Shown: positions 11,788-25,529 of the stretch, piece after piece
Layout of the letters: every line of letters begins with the position of its first letter
Numbering within the stretch: the first letter of the stretch is position 1
DNA from: Mizuhopecten yessoensis
Lineage: Eukaryota
DNA: 64,000 bases
NCBI RefSeq assembly: GCF_002113885.1
Contig: NW_018408842.1
Span: 178,074 to 242,073, forward strand
Direction of reading: 5' to 3'
Program-made: the position numbers and the translations under genes
The notes under the pieces: generated by a model
Databases searched by the model: none
What the model saw: the letters and a program-made list of their open reading frames with translations, nothing else
Told to the model about the DNA's origin: nothing

Positions 11788-14468
11788 TTAAAATAATTTG
11801 ACACTCTCTACATAAACAGCGTTTTCAAATGTGTTTTCTTCCAGAATCTGAACAAGCGTAGATATTGGAACATCTGGAGACGTCATTGTTCCATCAGCTC
11901 TAAATTCTGAAAATATAAAATATACCATTTTTTATTTTAGATAATTGTATTCGTAACTAAAGTTTAAAAGTTTTATCTAACACACCTTGCATTTTTATGG
12001 AACATATATGAATATTTACTCAACGCCTATACAAATTGCTCGCATTGTATTCAGATATAGAAACCGGTCATTATATATTGTCAATACACGACAGTAATCT
12101 ACTTTATACTTTATTTAAGTGTGATATTAAGTGTTACTGTGAATTTATATTTAACAAATTTAACATAAAACTATTTAATGAAATCTGTAGCAACTGAATA
12201 AAAATAGTCTGTCGCCACATCACAAATGCAATAAAATATGAAGTAGCATGTTAAAAAAATTGGTTAGTTAATATGACAAACCGGAATCATTGCATCAGCT
12301 GATTCATACTAGACAACAGTCATTGCACCGCATCAGGGTTAAATATTATATAATACAGAAACGATTTTGTTACTACTTAACACATCTTTCAAAGACTACT
12401 TAAACATTTGTTAGCATTGGTAATAGCATGAACACACGTACTTTGTAACATTTCAACAACAGACTTATCCATACACGTTTTCTCAACTTGTTTTGCCATG
12501 TCGGTGTCGGAGCAACCCGGTGAGAAAATCAGTATCCTTAGAGACGGTTCCTCCACGGCCAGTACACGCATATACATGTCACGGGCAGCCTTACCTATAC
12601 GAAGTATGTAGATAAAAGTTGAACGTTAACAAATGCCCAAACATCTTAGCTCAAAAAGTGTATACTGTACAATGGACATTTACATAATATAAAGTAGGCC
12701 CAATCAACATTTTACGATGATATAACTACTGTCAAAAACTGAAACGACCTCACGTAATATATTTTAATAATGCAATTAATATATATCATACTATTTTATA
12801 ATAATGTTTTTTTTAACAGATATTATGATATATTTAATACATATTATAATGATAAATCATTACTTATAATTCGTTATCAAGGTCATTAAGATTCATAAAT
12901 TTCATTTATCATCACAAGTTTTAAAAAGAGACTCATTGGTTGTTACAGTCGCATGAGTTGTAAAAAAGTTAATTATCTGTTTTGATGTAACAAATAACAT
13001 AAAAGCATGCACATTATCAAACAGTGGCTTTTTGATTCCCCGATAAAATGATGCTAGGAAGTGACCGACATTTATCAAAATCATAATATAATAGCATCGC
13101 CGTGGAATCTTTGAATGATGAAACAGCTGTATGATGCAGTGTGATAGATTTTAAAGATAAGATTCTATTATGTCTGTGTCTAAAGATGAAGATTGTTGGA
13201 ATTTTAGCCAGTTTGGCCCTTTTGCCACTAGTCCCTCAGGGCGCGGAAAGAGAATATGTTCATACCCTCAAACTACATGTACAATAACACGATGGTTATT
13301 TCTGCTATCATTTATGAAACTGGAGAGGGAAACCGTGGCAACTTTAGCATTTTTTACCCTTTTCGGCCGTGCCCTTAAGTCCTGGAGGTGCGTTAGGTAT
13401 TGATGCTCATTCCATTAAAATGCAAGTATATGATTATCAGTCCAAGCAAAATCGAAATAAATCTCACATTATACTTCAAAGTGTTTTTTCCATATCAAAA
13501 GTATATCCAAATGTATCCCCTCCCAAGAGGAGAATTGATGACCCGGGGGTAACGAAATCCACGTCTTTGACAAAGCATCTTAGGACCATACCATTTCTGA
13601 AAAAGATTTGATTCACAACCCGGGGTATGGTTCATATAATATAATGTCTGGTTTGCCTTTGACCATGGTACTTTCCTGATTTGTTTTTACTTATATCAGT
13701 TCATCGGTTTTTTAGAACTCACTAATATGATTTGTTAACGATAGGACGACCACTGGTAATTGCGATTGGTCAAATGAAACTTCATCAAAGGTGTCCTATA
13801 ATTCAATCCAACCGGAAACTTGGTTTGCTCTAATTGTATATTTTGATTTATTGACAATTAGTAAGAATCACAGACGTGTATTTACATGAAATATGGCGAG
13901 GCATTTAGAATGTTTTAAAAAAGTTGTACTAACCTGCACAGTAAAGATGATATGATGCCAAAGGAACTGAGGTATGTGCTGACGACATATTGACAACGAC
14001 ACGAGATTTTGAAGAATCTGAGAAAGTCTGGAAGAAACTAGTGTTAAGTAAGATCATTCCGGTCACGTTGATGTCGAAGTACTTCCGCACAAACGTGGAG
14101 TCGGAAAGTTCCAGCGACCTCTTTGATAAATCACCCATAGTAGCACAGTCGTGAACGATCATATATTGCTCAAAGTCATTTTGTGAAAAGTTGTTGTCTT
14201 GTAAAAGTCTTGAAAAAATGCCTTTGAAATAATTTTTGTCCTCTGAGTTTCCCTGGTCAAAATGCCTCACCAAAACGTCGATATTCGGAGCCACAGACAA
14301 CACTTCTGACTTGACACTTTCCAAAGGCAAAATATCCATGAGTACCATGACGGAGTTAGGGGGAAACTTGGCCCCAAACTGAAGTGCAATTGATCTCCCC
14401 AGTCCTCTGCAGGCACCTGTAATGGCTACAAAGGTTTTCTTTAAAAATATATTATGGGGTTCCGCCAT
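11788..14468 (-). CDS. SPR: Sepiapterin reductase-like SDR, copy C, 268 aa; exons 14468-13934, 12594-12442, 11906-11788
   Basis: TGACRGLG Rossmann motif, VVNMSS, YCAG|KAARDM..VLAVEEP..PG..DTDM matching SPR; GT/AG introns both phase 1; 535+153+119 nt, open to TAA. Confidence 0.92.
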
Positions 14469-16945
14469 TCTGCTGTTGAAGTAGCCACCTAACGTGTATG
14501 TAACTAGTTACTGTTATAATACGACTGAATTAGGTAGTAAAGGTCCGTCTTGTATGTGCCGTTATCATGGTTTATCGTACATGTATCTCCCTGGGTAGTT
14601 GTTAGTTCCTGTGTGATATAAAGGTAATGATTAGGTGATCACAGCAAAGCTGTGTTCGATCCTGTCCTATTATAAGGACAACAACGCAGTTTATTTTGTG
14701 CATTTTAATAGTTTTGGTCAACTTGAATGTGTTAAAGAATGTTAGGTATTACAACCATTTCCAGAGATAATTAAGAGACACATGTTTATTCATCACTTTT
14801 ATATTTCGGATTAAATTCAAAGTTGACAAAGTTCCATTTTTTTTTTATCCCGAATGATATCCGTAGCATAAAATGTTTTATAATTCAGACTTATGGTAAA
14901 TCATAATAGGCTGAACGCTCGAATGTTGTAATGAAATGGTGATATTGTCGTTACCTGCAATTTTTGACAATACGGTTTTTTACAATCATAACATATACTG
15001 TGTACCTCATAAAGTGTAATGTACCACATGGATTTGTAAAAATTGTCTGTTCATTCTATCTAAGCTCTATTATACCTCAAGCCTATAGGGTACATGTATG
15101 TCACTGAATTAAAAAGATCGACTATATCTAACTCCTTTAAATTCAGTAGGACACTGTTAATGATATATATTTATTATATTTGTTTTATATATTCACTTCT
15201 ATCAATGGATTTTGCCGTTGTTTTTCTTCAGAAATTTAGTTTGTCGTGACCCTGGATAAATTTAACACTTATCTATACAAGATCAATGTTTGTCTGTGAA
15301 ACAATGTGACAAATGTAATATAAATGTGTTTATATACATGAAGCTTTGCATTCATTCTTAAATGTTATTGATTACTGATATATATTGAAAATGTTTATTC
15401 TTTTTTCCATCTTATGAAAAAGTCGTTATTCTAGTATAGAATTTGTCTTAAATAAATCTTTGAAATTCATTATTGATTCAGTGGTATTATGTATGATGTA
15501 TCAGACTGTAATTGCATGTATATACTTTATAGTATCGGTACTTAAGTGTGTGCTTAAAACCCACATCCCACAAGGTGTGTTAAAAATAGGTCAAAAGGTA
15601 GTTTCGAATGATAACAGCTTGAAATATTGCGGTAAATAGCATGTACCAATGCATGCGTGCCAGTAAGGAAGTTCATAAAAATTGTATTCACTTGGACAAG
15701 GTTTGATGTTTCTTCACAATGGAAAATAGGAATATCGATGCTTTTGTATAATACACAGCCTATAAATAGATATCAGCACACTATTCATCAACACAATGTA
15801 TAATCATTTCAATAGCTACCTTAAGAGAAATAATATCATAAAAGTTATCACTGTCGTTTGGCAAAATATGATACAACAAGGAAGTTCAAACTTCAATGTA
15901 TATCTTCATCATAAAACGGCGTTTACAAGCACCCTACTAGTTGGTCAACCCAGTTGAGTTGAGACCATTCAATTGGGAAAGGCATCTCAATTTAATAATT
16001 CTTCTATCTACAATTTTAAACGGATATTTTCTTCAAAATCTGAAAAATCGGGGAAAAATAACTAATGTCTCCCATTGATCAGTTTTGTAATCTGATACTT
16101 TGTATTCATCATAATACTTCATGTATACAATTCATTGTATAATGTAATTAAGATTTCATCAGAATCCATTGTGTTCATGTAATGTTATTGCATATTATTG
16201 TAAGTAAAGGAAACAACAGTTTACCATTATCCAAATAAGAATTTTCATTTTTTCCTGAAAGGCCGTCATATATCTAGCAAGTTATCATTTGGGATTCTGG
16301 CCTTTAGGTACATGTAATGGGCTTTCACTCTTGAGAATCTCAGGTTGCCCTATCCAATAAAGGTATCTACAACAGGGAGATGGTTATGCAGTTCTTATCA
16401 ATCTTGGACAGTATCAATGTCAATGCAGCCTAGGCGCCCCAGATTAGTTATTACATGTATCATCTACAATGTACTTTATACCACCTAACGGTAACACGAT
16501 ACATTTATTATCATTTGTTGTCAGTATAAGAAGAAGTTAAGAACGATTTGGGAACAACTTGAGAAGAACCTGAGAACGGTTTTCCCATTCCCTAGCCCTT
16601 GGGAACGTAATTTCTCAAAAAAGAACGTCTGTTCGCGCCAGATGACGTCCGAAACCGTAAATAGTGTCCACACAAAAGTGATCCGCGTATGAAAATAGTT
16701 CGTCATAAACATATCAATACAGAGTTAAGGAAAATATTGTGAGAAGAAAAACACCATAATGGTGTAATGTGCATATGGACAAGCTAATGACGATAGGATT
16801 GTTTTAAAAGTATTATTTTCTACGTAGTTTAAAGGTTCATTGTATTCCTTCGCGCAAAACTTCTATTTTTTTAAAACATGGTGTTCAGTTGAGTTTTTTA
16901 AATGAAGAAATATATAAGGTAGAAGTAGATAGATGATTAAAAGTT

Positions 16946-17112
16946 TATCATACAGTATTTTCAGTGTTTGTCGTTCGAACAATTTTCTCAACGCTCGCAC
17001 GTACAATGTAGATAAAATCTCGAGGCCACCTGCCGTGGCATCTCGATTTTATCCACATGCTCGTGATGAAAAAAATATTCTCACGACAAACCCTAAAAAT
17101 TCAGTGTGATAA
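16946..17112. repeat. Long imperfect palindrome (~80-bp arms), probable end of a non-autonomous DNA element
   Basis: TATCATAC..TTTGTCGT..GATAAAATCTCGAGGCCAC-loop-GTGGCATCTCGATTTTATC..ACGACAAA..GTGTGATA. Confidence 0.6.
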
Positions 17113-17302
17113 TCTATAAATATCTTTCGCATGACGATGTCTGTTACCTGCTCGTTAATATCGGTACATCTTGTAAGTGCGCTTTACCTTTTAGTAGGTC
17201 GGTGATCGTAAGTAATGCTTAGTATAGTATCCACTCTTGTAATCGCAATAGACAGGAAATGCTTAACGAGTCATGCATCTTAGAAACGTCCTTTATCGAG
17301 AT

Positions 17303-20294
17303 TGTGACGTAACCCCCCTATCGGTCACGGCCCTGCCCTTGACCTCAGGGATCGACGGAAGTCTAGACTGCGTTATACGTCAGTTGTCCGTCCATGGTCA
17401 TTAGTGGTTGATCAATCAAAGTCTGTAACTCTGTAATGTGAGAAGTAGTACCGCTGCCACCATATGTGCGTGACGACTAATTAACTAAACTATACCTGTC
17501 TTGTAAAATGGCTATTGACCCAGCCTCAAATATACATGTGTTAATATATGAGACTAGTACAATGAGCCAAAGGCTCGATTTGACAGGCCGTCACTAAAGT
17601 GTTATCAAGGCCTTACTGGTCTCGAGGTTCGAAAAATGTGTTACGAGCCCAGATTTGTAAGCGATTCCGGTAACTTACTTAAATGAAAACCATGATTCAT
17701 TAAATACAAATATGTACATTTATTGTGTGCCGACTATTTACATAAAATATGAAGTCTTGGTCTTGATCCTGATCCCTAGTTTCCGTAATCGAAGGTATTG
17801 ACAAAAGGTGATATCCAAGTTCGTAGTCTCCACAAAGGTGGGTTCCGTAATGGTTAAGACGTACGATCCTCGAGATGTGTCCTCTCCGTTGGGGCCTCCG
17901 CGCAGCTGGCGGTTAATCAGCTCCCCCCGACAGTGCCTGGGAGAGAACGTGTGCCACCCCAGTCTGTGATAACCAATGGTTACTCCCTTTGCTGAAATCT
18001 AATCCACTGGTCGAGTGTAAACACTATAACAACACGTACTCTTATAATTGCTAATGAAATATGATTGAATTTGATTATAGGCTGACTATCCAAAATATGA
18101 GGGGAAAACTTAACGTTGAAAGTAAGCTCGAAGTAAAATTCCTCTAGGAGTACTAATAGCGGAAATTTGGTAAGGCAACGCAATGACATAATATGACGAT
18201 AAATCCCTATCTCCTGGTCGGGTAATATTCCAACAACGACAGAATAATAATAATCCCTTCACCAATAGCACAAAATACTTGATCACTAGTAACTAATTAA
18301 ACTACACAACTCATTATACCGTCAACACTTTGGTTGTACTGACCTCCCAATACCACTGCACATTCACCACATATATTCCTTATGAATGCAACACAATATA
18401 AATCCAGTCACTTCCTAAATCCCTCATAACTAACACTGTGCAATAACCTTGTCAATCCTGTATGAATACAACTTAATACTAATACACAGTGATTACATAA
18501 ACGCCTTATGACTGAAACACAATATACTGCAAAGTGATCACATACATCCCTTGTGAATATAACACACTAGAACAGCATAGTAATCCCATAAATCCCTTAT
18601 GCACATAACACAATATAACTACACAGTAGTCACATAAATCCCTTATGAATCTAACACAATATACTGCACAGTAGTCCCGTAAATCCCTTATGAATCTAAC
18701 ACAATATACTGCACAGTAGTCACATAAATCCCTTATGAATCTTACACAATATACTGCACAGTAGTCACATAAATCCCTTATGAATCTTACACAATATACG
18801 GCACAGTAGTCACATAAAGCCCTTAGGAATCTAACACAATATACTGCACAGTAGGCACATAAATCCCTTATGAATCTAACACAATATACTGCACAGTAGG
18901 CACATAAATCCCTTATGAATCTAACACAATATCACTGCACAGTGATCATGTAAATCCCTTATGCATATAACACAATATGACTGCACAGTGATCACATAAA
19001 TGCCCTATGCATTTAACACAATACACTGCACAGTAGTCACGTAAATCCCTTATGAATCTAACACAATATCACTGCACAGTGATCACGTAAATCCCTTATG
19101 CATATAACACAATATAACTGCACAGTGATCACATAAATGCCCTATGCATTTAACACAATATACTGCACAGTAGTCACGTAAATCCCTTATGAATCTAACA
19201 CAATATACTGCACAGTGAGCACATAAATCCCTTATGCATATAACACAATATAACTGCACAGTAACACAAGTTCTTTATAAACGGTATCCAGTTCCAGGGT
19301 TACACGATAATCCAGTGGAATACACAAAACACATCCAGAGGCACTGTTGACACTTCTCTATTCTCCACGCAAGTTATAAGAATTACCCTATTCCAGACTG
19401 ACACTTCACATTTACACGTTAAACCAAATCTGGTGGTAATTCTAAGTGGTTTCTGCCTAACACTTTTATGGGATGAATCTCTACAGGTTGTCGTTCTAGT
19501 AATCAGGCATGACTAAGTGGTGATTTTATGATCGCTGCCGTCACTCCTGTGACCACTGACACTACAGCTAAAAATCACCCCCTCCATGCCTGAGGATGAG
19601 ATAAGGAGTTAATAAGGTCTAAACAAATAATTTAGTTGATTAATAAAGTTGGGAAATTAGTAACTATACACAGTTAGTTAAGACCCAAGATAACGAAGAA
19701 AGATATAAATCTTCAAGGTAGGAAAATCCCCCGAAATTATGAAACACTTATATAAGGTAATATTACAGTAATAAACACTTATCTAAACAAATGGCAAGAC
19801 ATATTATGTATTTACCCAACTGCCTGATAGTCCTGCTTGAGTCATCTTCGTTTAACAAGCCGCTATCTATAATAGGTAATGATGTGTATAATCCAATCTA
19901 TCTCGTGCGAAATTCCTTATCTCAACAAGCCCTAGGGAGCCGCGCACCCCTTTTTATACGACCCTCATTAACACCTATTGACTAATTGACCAATCAAATT
20001 GGGCTCCATCGGCCAGGGTCCCGGATGAAAGGAGGGGGTTTCTTCACTATTGAGTGGCTACTCTGCCCACCCCCCCTACTCATGACGTAGAGATCCCTAT
20101 TTTTAACAGAGAGTGGTCAGTCTAGGGTTAATGGCTCCTATACTATCTCAACTGTGTGGCTGGGAGGACTCGATGAACCCCAGTAAATTACACATGAATT
20201 GTGAAACAAAATTCTGGTGGGCTGGAAGCTTACGTCAGCTAGGAAATAAAGACGGGGTATAACTTTGTTACAATATGAAAGAAATGAAGTCACA
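17303..20294 (-). mobile_element. Putative long solo LTR or LTR-like insertion containing a minisatellite
   Basis: TGTGAC...GTCACA inverted termini; minus-strand TATAAAAAGGGG near 19950 and AATAAA near 17720; no ORF; flanks GAGAT/GAGGG give only a partial target-site match. Confidence 0.4.
18400..19265 (+). repeat. 45-bp minisatellite, about 19 copies
   Basis: Unit CACAGTAGTCACATAAATCCCTTATGAATCTAACACAATATACTG; starts at 18667, 18712 etc.; degenerate toward the left edge. Confidence 0.95.
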
Positions 20295-21425
20295 GAGGGT
20301 ATACATGCTACCTTTATGGAATATGTATTGTTATACCATTTCAACACTGGTAGTTGATCGTAACACAACCTTACCAAATTAGTTCTGGATATTTTTGAAG
20401 ACTTGAAAAATACGAGGCAAACAGATTTTGTTTAATCCGGATGTTTCAACGAAAGAATGCGTTAGATATGGTCTTTTCATCCTGATTGCAATGAACTTAG
20501 AAATACTAGAGATTTGTTTGTTAAATGAAAGTTTCAGTATCAAATGTTTCAAGAAACAAATATAGGTGTAGCACAAATTAAGTTTTTGGACATTGCAACT
20601 AACGTTGGTTGACTGCTGGAGCTTTAGGCTTTCTCAATATATCATCAAACCTGCAGACAATGAACATATTTACCCAGATTTGTGGCGTGTGTTTTAAAAT
20701 GCAAATATTTAAGTTAGCAGCTTTAACGTTATTTGCCTGTGGTCTTATAACCCTCACCTCATATCACATATCCTGTTATTACACTCCTATTGACTACAGC
20801 TGCTGAGACATGTATCCGAATACTGTTAGGAAGTTAACAAGTCTGGCATCGGTTAAACACACGTGTTATAGTCTGGATAAAGAGATGATTCTAGGATCGG
20901 TTTTAGACTTGTTGACGTAAAGTTATGTGACTGTACTAAGTAAAAGATCATAATATCCATAGATGAAAAGACAGAAATTCTTCTAAACAATTTACCTTGC
21001 ATACCTGTTGCATTAAAGTGTCTCATTTATGTTACACTGCTGTATCATGACTTCTATACCAGGTTTTAACACTGAACTTAAGAGTTAGGATGCCTCAATA
21101 GTAACTGATAGAGCTGATGCAGATTTAAATATATATTTAAAAACCCTCTACCTACATGCAGAATATAAAAATTGAATAATAAAAACGTAATAAAAGATTA
21201 AACATTTGTCTATGCAAAATTGTGTAACTTTACCAGGCAAAGGGTAATTGATGTATATTTGTTACAATATATGAGTTCTACTTAACAATATACATTGTCT
21301 ATTGCGTGATATCTTACTTGTGTTGTAATACGTGAATCCATAATCCTCAACCCGCTAGTATCTATAATAAAGATATCAGAGAGTTGATGTAAAACAACCC
21401 TAGAAGTTCGTATTATGTAATAACT

Positions 21426-23105
21426 TTACATATATCTATTTATTGTTTCAGATATGTCGTCACTCTCTACGTAAACGGCATTTTCAAATTTGTTTTCTTC
21501 CAGTATCTGGACAAGCTTTCCGACTGGGGTATCTGGAAGCGTCATCTTTCCATTAGCCCGAGTTTCTGAAAATAAGTAAGTGGCCTTATAAATATTAATT
21601 TTCACTGTCGGCTACGCGTTTATCTAACATACTATGAACCTTTAAGCCGACGAACCTTGACTCAAAGGGTTTACAAATGGCATACACAATCGTTTTAAGA
21701 TAGAAGGAAATAAACCTTTGTTATCAATGCACAAAGTGAGTTCGGAGATTAATGATAAGATACTGGGTATAATGTACGAATAACACAACGAATCATTAAA
21801 TCTCTTAAATCATGCGAGACTAGTTATTTAACCGCATTAGAGTAAAATACTACAGATCACTTAAATAAGTGAACGTCTAAATACTGACATTGTTTACAAC
21901 GGGAAACAAACTCCAAAGAATTCCCAAACCTTTCTCTGCATGGGTAGTACTATGAAACACTTACTTTTTATCATATCTACATTAGTCTTATTAAAACACA
22001 ATTGTTCAGCTTGTTTTGTCATGTCAGTGTCGGAGATGCCTGGTGCGAACGTCAGTATCCTCAGAGAGGGTTCCTCTACGGCAAGAACACGCATATAAAT
22101 GTCACGGGCAGCTTTAGCTAAAGGTAGGAATAAACAAAGTATACATACATTGTAATTAAATATCGAACAACAACGGTAAAAACAATGTCATCGTCAATAA
22201 CGTAAACAATGTATTAAAAAAATGTACAATAATGAAATTACCACCTTCAATTATAAAAACAACTTCAAAATATTGTACCATTTTACTGATTAAGTTAGTT
22301 ATTGAAATTGATATTGAGATCCAAGACCATTTTTTTCAACACTAATCCTTCCTAATCAAACTGCATTTAACCAGAAATACATTTGTTCTATAAAGTCGAG
22401 TTATTAGAAAATAAATCAGTGAAATCTAAATTTTATCAATGTATCAAAATAACCAATATGTCAATGGTGAAGGCAAATGTCATGAAAATATTAATTGCCT
22501 AACTTAATTATAGCAAAAGCTGAGTGAAATATGACATGGGTTTTAAAGTGATTTGAATGTCGTAACTAACCTGCGCAGTAAAGGTGAACTGATGCCATGG
22601 GAGTGGAGGTAACTGCTGACGTCATATTGACGATGACACGAGACTTTGTAGAATCGGAGAAAGTCTGGAAGAAACTCGAGTTAAGAAGAATCATCCCGGT
22701 CAGGTTGATGTCGAAGTACTTCCGGACTGACGTGGAATCGGAAAGTTCGAGCGATTTCTTTGACACATCACAAAGGGTAGCACAGTTGTGAACGATCATA
22801 TATTGCTCAAAGTTATTTTGTGAAAAATTGTATTCTTGTAAAAGTTTTGTAAATATGCCTTTGAAATAATATTTGTCTTCCAAGTTTCCCTGGTCAAAAT
22901 GCCTCACCAAAACGTCCATATTCCGAGACCCAGACAACAATTCTGACTTGACACTGTCCAAAGGCAAAACATCCATGAGAACCATGACAGAGTTGTTGGG
23001 AAACTTGGCCCCAAACTGAAGTGCAATTGATCTCCCCAGTCCTCTGCTGGCGCCGGTAATGGCTACAAAGGTTTTCTTTAGAAATATGTTCGGGTGTTCC
23101 GCCAT
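21426..23105 (-). CDS. SPR: Sepiapterin reductase-like SDR, copy D, 275 aa; exons 23105-22571, 22117-21965, 21565-21426
   Basis: TGASRGLG, VLMDVL, VNMTSA, YCAA|KAARD; 535+153+140 nt in frame; C-terminus extended to VESDDISETINRYM*. Confidence 0.92.
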
Positions 23106-25529
23106 TCTGCTGTTGAATTTACCACCTAACGTATAATTATGTTACCAGTGACTGATATAACACGACTGTGCTAGGTATTCAAAGTTCGTCTTATATGTGC
23201 CGTTATCTATCATGGTTTAGCATACATCTATCTCCCTTCATAGTTGTTGAACAGGTGGTCACAGCTGTTTTCGATCCCGTCCTACTTTTTGGACGCGTTC
23301 AGAGTTAATCTAGGTATATTGTTCGTTGTTTGCTATCAGGTATGTGATATGAAGATGTACTTATATAAACAATGAAAACATATCAATATATAGAACATGT
23401 AGGTAGAATAGCAACTGTGTTGATGCTAATATGTATTAAAGAGGAAACCTTTCCAGCACAAACTGCCCTCTAGTACTTTATACCTCTATTATGTAAACTG
23501 AAACATTGTATATCATTTCTTCTTTTTGATGATTCAACTAGGATTCGTCGTCAAATTAGAAATATTTTAGAAGAACTTGATAATGAATTGACAAAGGTCT
23601 ATTAAGCACCTTTATACATTTGATTGATTTCAAACTTTACATTTGCAAAAAAATATCATTTTAAAAGTAGATCTGTTTGCTGCACCCTTATGTTTGTCTA
23701 TGCATAATCAAGCCTTGATAGAGAGCGTTTTATCTGTTAAAATACCGACGTCTTCCCGTGCTTGTGTTGATATGTCGTACCTTTGACTTAAATGCCTCAA
23801 AATGTTACATTGTATCAAGAGAGTGCGCTAAGGACCTACTTCCCACAAGGTTTGTTAAAATAGGTCAAAAAGCAGTTTCAAATTATAATAGCGTGACACC
23901 TGTCGATGTACCAACTAATTCAAATGTTTGAGTTCGTGATATCTGAAAATAATACATTAAAACCTCCATATGTAAGTATTCTCGGATTTCAGGTAAAGTT
24001 CATAAGTAAAAACAGTCACCTTTCACAAGTTCAAGCTTTTATTAATATATTTTTTTCCTAGAGAAAATTAGAAATGTCGATGTGCAATTACGATTCTCTG
24101 TTTTACTTATAGGTATATTAGCACAATATTCACCTTTTCAATATAAAATGATTACGAAAAAATGTCTCATTTAATAAACCACAAATCATTACTGTTGTTA
24201 ATATGTTTCGTAAGTTTCGATTAATAATTAAAATGACATTAGTAGAATTATTGTTTGTTTATAGTTAAGTATAAAAAAAATCCGAATTGTTCGAACCGGA
24301 TTCAGGTTAATTCTGTTACTAATTCAGACAGAAAATACCCTACTGTTTAATGTATATATATACTTCCTAAAATGTAGCAATATATGTACACGCATATTCG
24401 TTGAAAACAAAAGAAGCTTTTCCTTTTTCATTACAATTAAGGTATCCCATTGACAAATAGAAAATGTTGATATTGAATTTTAACCTAAAATGAAATTCGG
24501 AATAAGGTTTATAAGTTTGGTATGGATACGTCTGTTTCCTTTGTATCCATGATTTTTGACTTTACTGATTCGGCACACAGTAGCTTAATGAATTGTTTTC
24601 GTCGGTTTAGAGTCAAGACACCGGTCATATAAAGTGTTTACACACTTTGTTTGACCAAGGAAACACACGTTTTCGAATGCTCGCAAAATAAGTTCTCAAT
24701 TCCTGTTCGTATTCAACACATGCTTAGTCTTTACTTATACGAAAACCTACTGGAAATCTTTCATTGTCTGTTACTGTATTAAATATTTAGGTTAAGCAGA
24801 GGTTGAACATCCACTGGATATGATTTGCTCGTGTTCGGGGCCGCTTAATTTCGATGAAAACATAATTAATACGTCCTTTGTATGCTATTGTTTAGCTAAC
24901 GACATTGATACTTCAGTGTTAATGCTTACTGTTTCATTTGATAGTGATATGATAATTGCATCCACAATTTAGAATGGCAAATAATTCATTTAAATGCCGG
25001 TTCATTTGTCTCCAAAATACCTTTATGATGATTCATTTATTTATTATTTATATACTTCGATATTTGACAGTTTGGGGAGCAATATCTGTTAAAAGCTACA
25101 TCTCGCATGAATCAAAGCAAACACCCCAGACAAAGCTTAATTCTACACTGATACAGTCAGAACTACAGTTTGTATTCACAGGTTAAATTACATGTGTATG
25201 TGACTCAGTCGACTGTTTTTGTAGCGAAACGCATCGTCTCACTGTCTACCGTTTTAATATCTGTTTGGTTAAACTATATATAGCTTATCTACCTCAACTT
25301 CTCTGACTCTAACCGTATATAGTCTGTCTTTTTTAAAATTAGAGCTAAGTCAGAGCTCGTAAACGTACCAGTAGGGATGTTGCGCTTCAGTTGAATTGGT
25401 TAGGAATCGCAATGAAAACGATCTGGGAAATTCGCCATGTACGTTTTAAGGAGTTAAAGGAATATGACTTAGTGGAGTTTACTTAACGTTAAGAAACGCT
25501 GTAAGCGTTTGTACATACACTGTTATATA

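Noticed and set aside
18400-19265. Regular arrays here and at 59125-59734 and 61744-63300 as possible CRISPR arrays
   Set aside because: Head-to-tail repeats without unique spacers, no cas genes, eukaryotic context
22597-22791. Antisense ORFs over SPR-like exons (also 35788-36012, 28674-28976, 41980-42243)
   Set aside because: Shadow frames of the real coding exons
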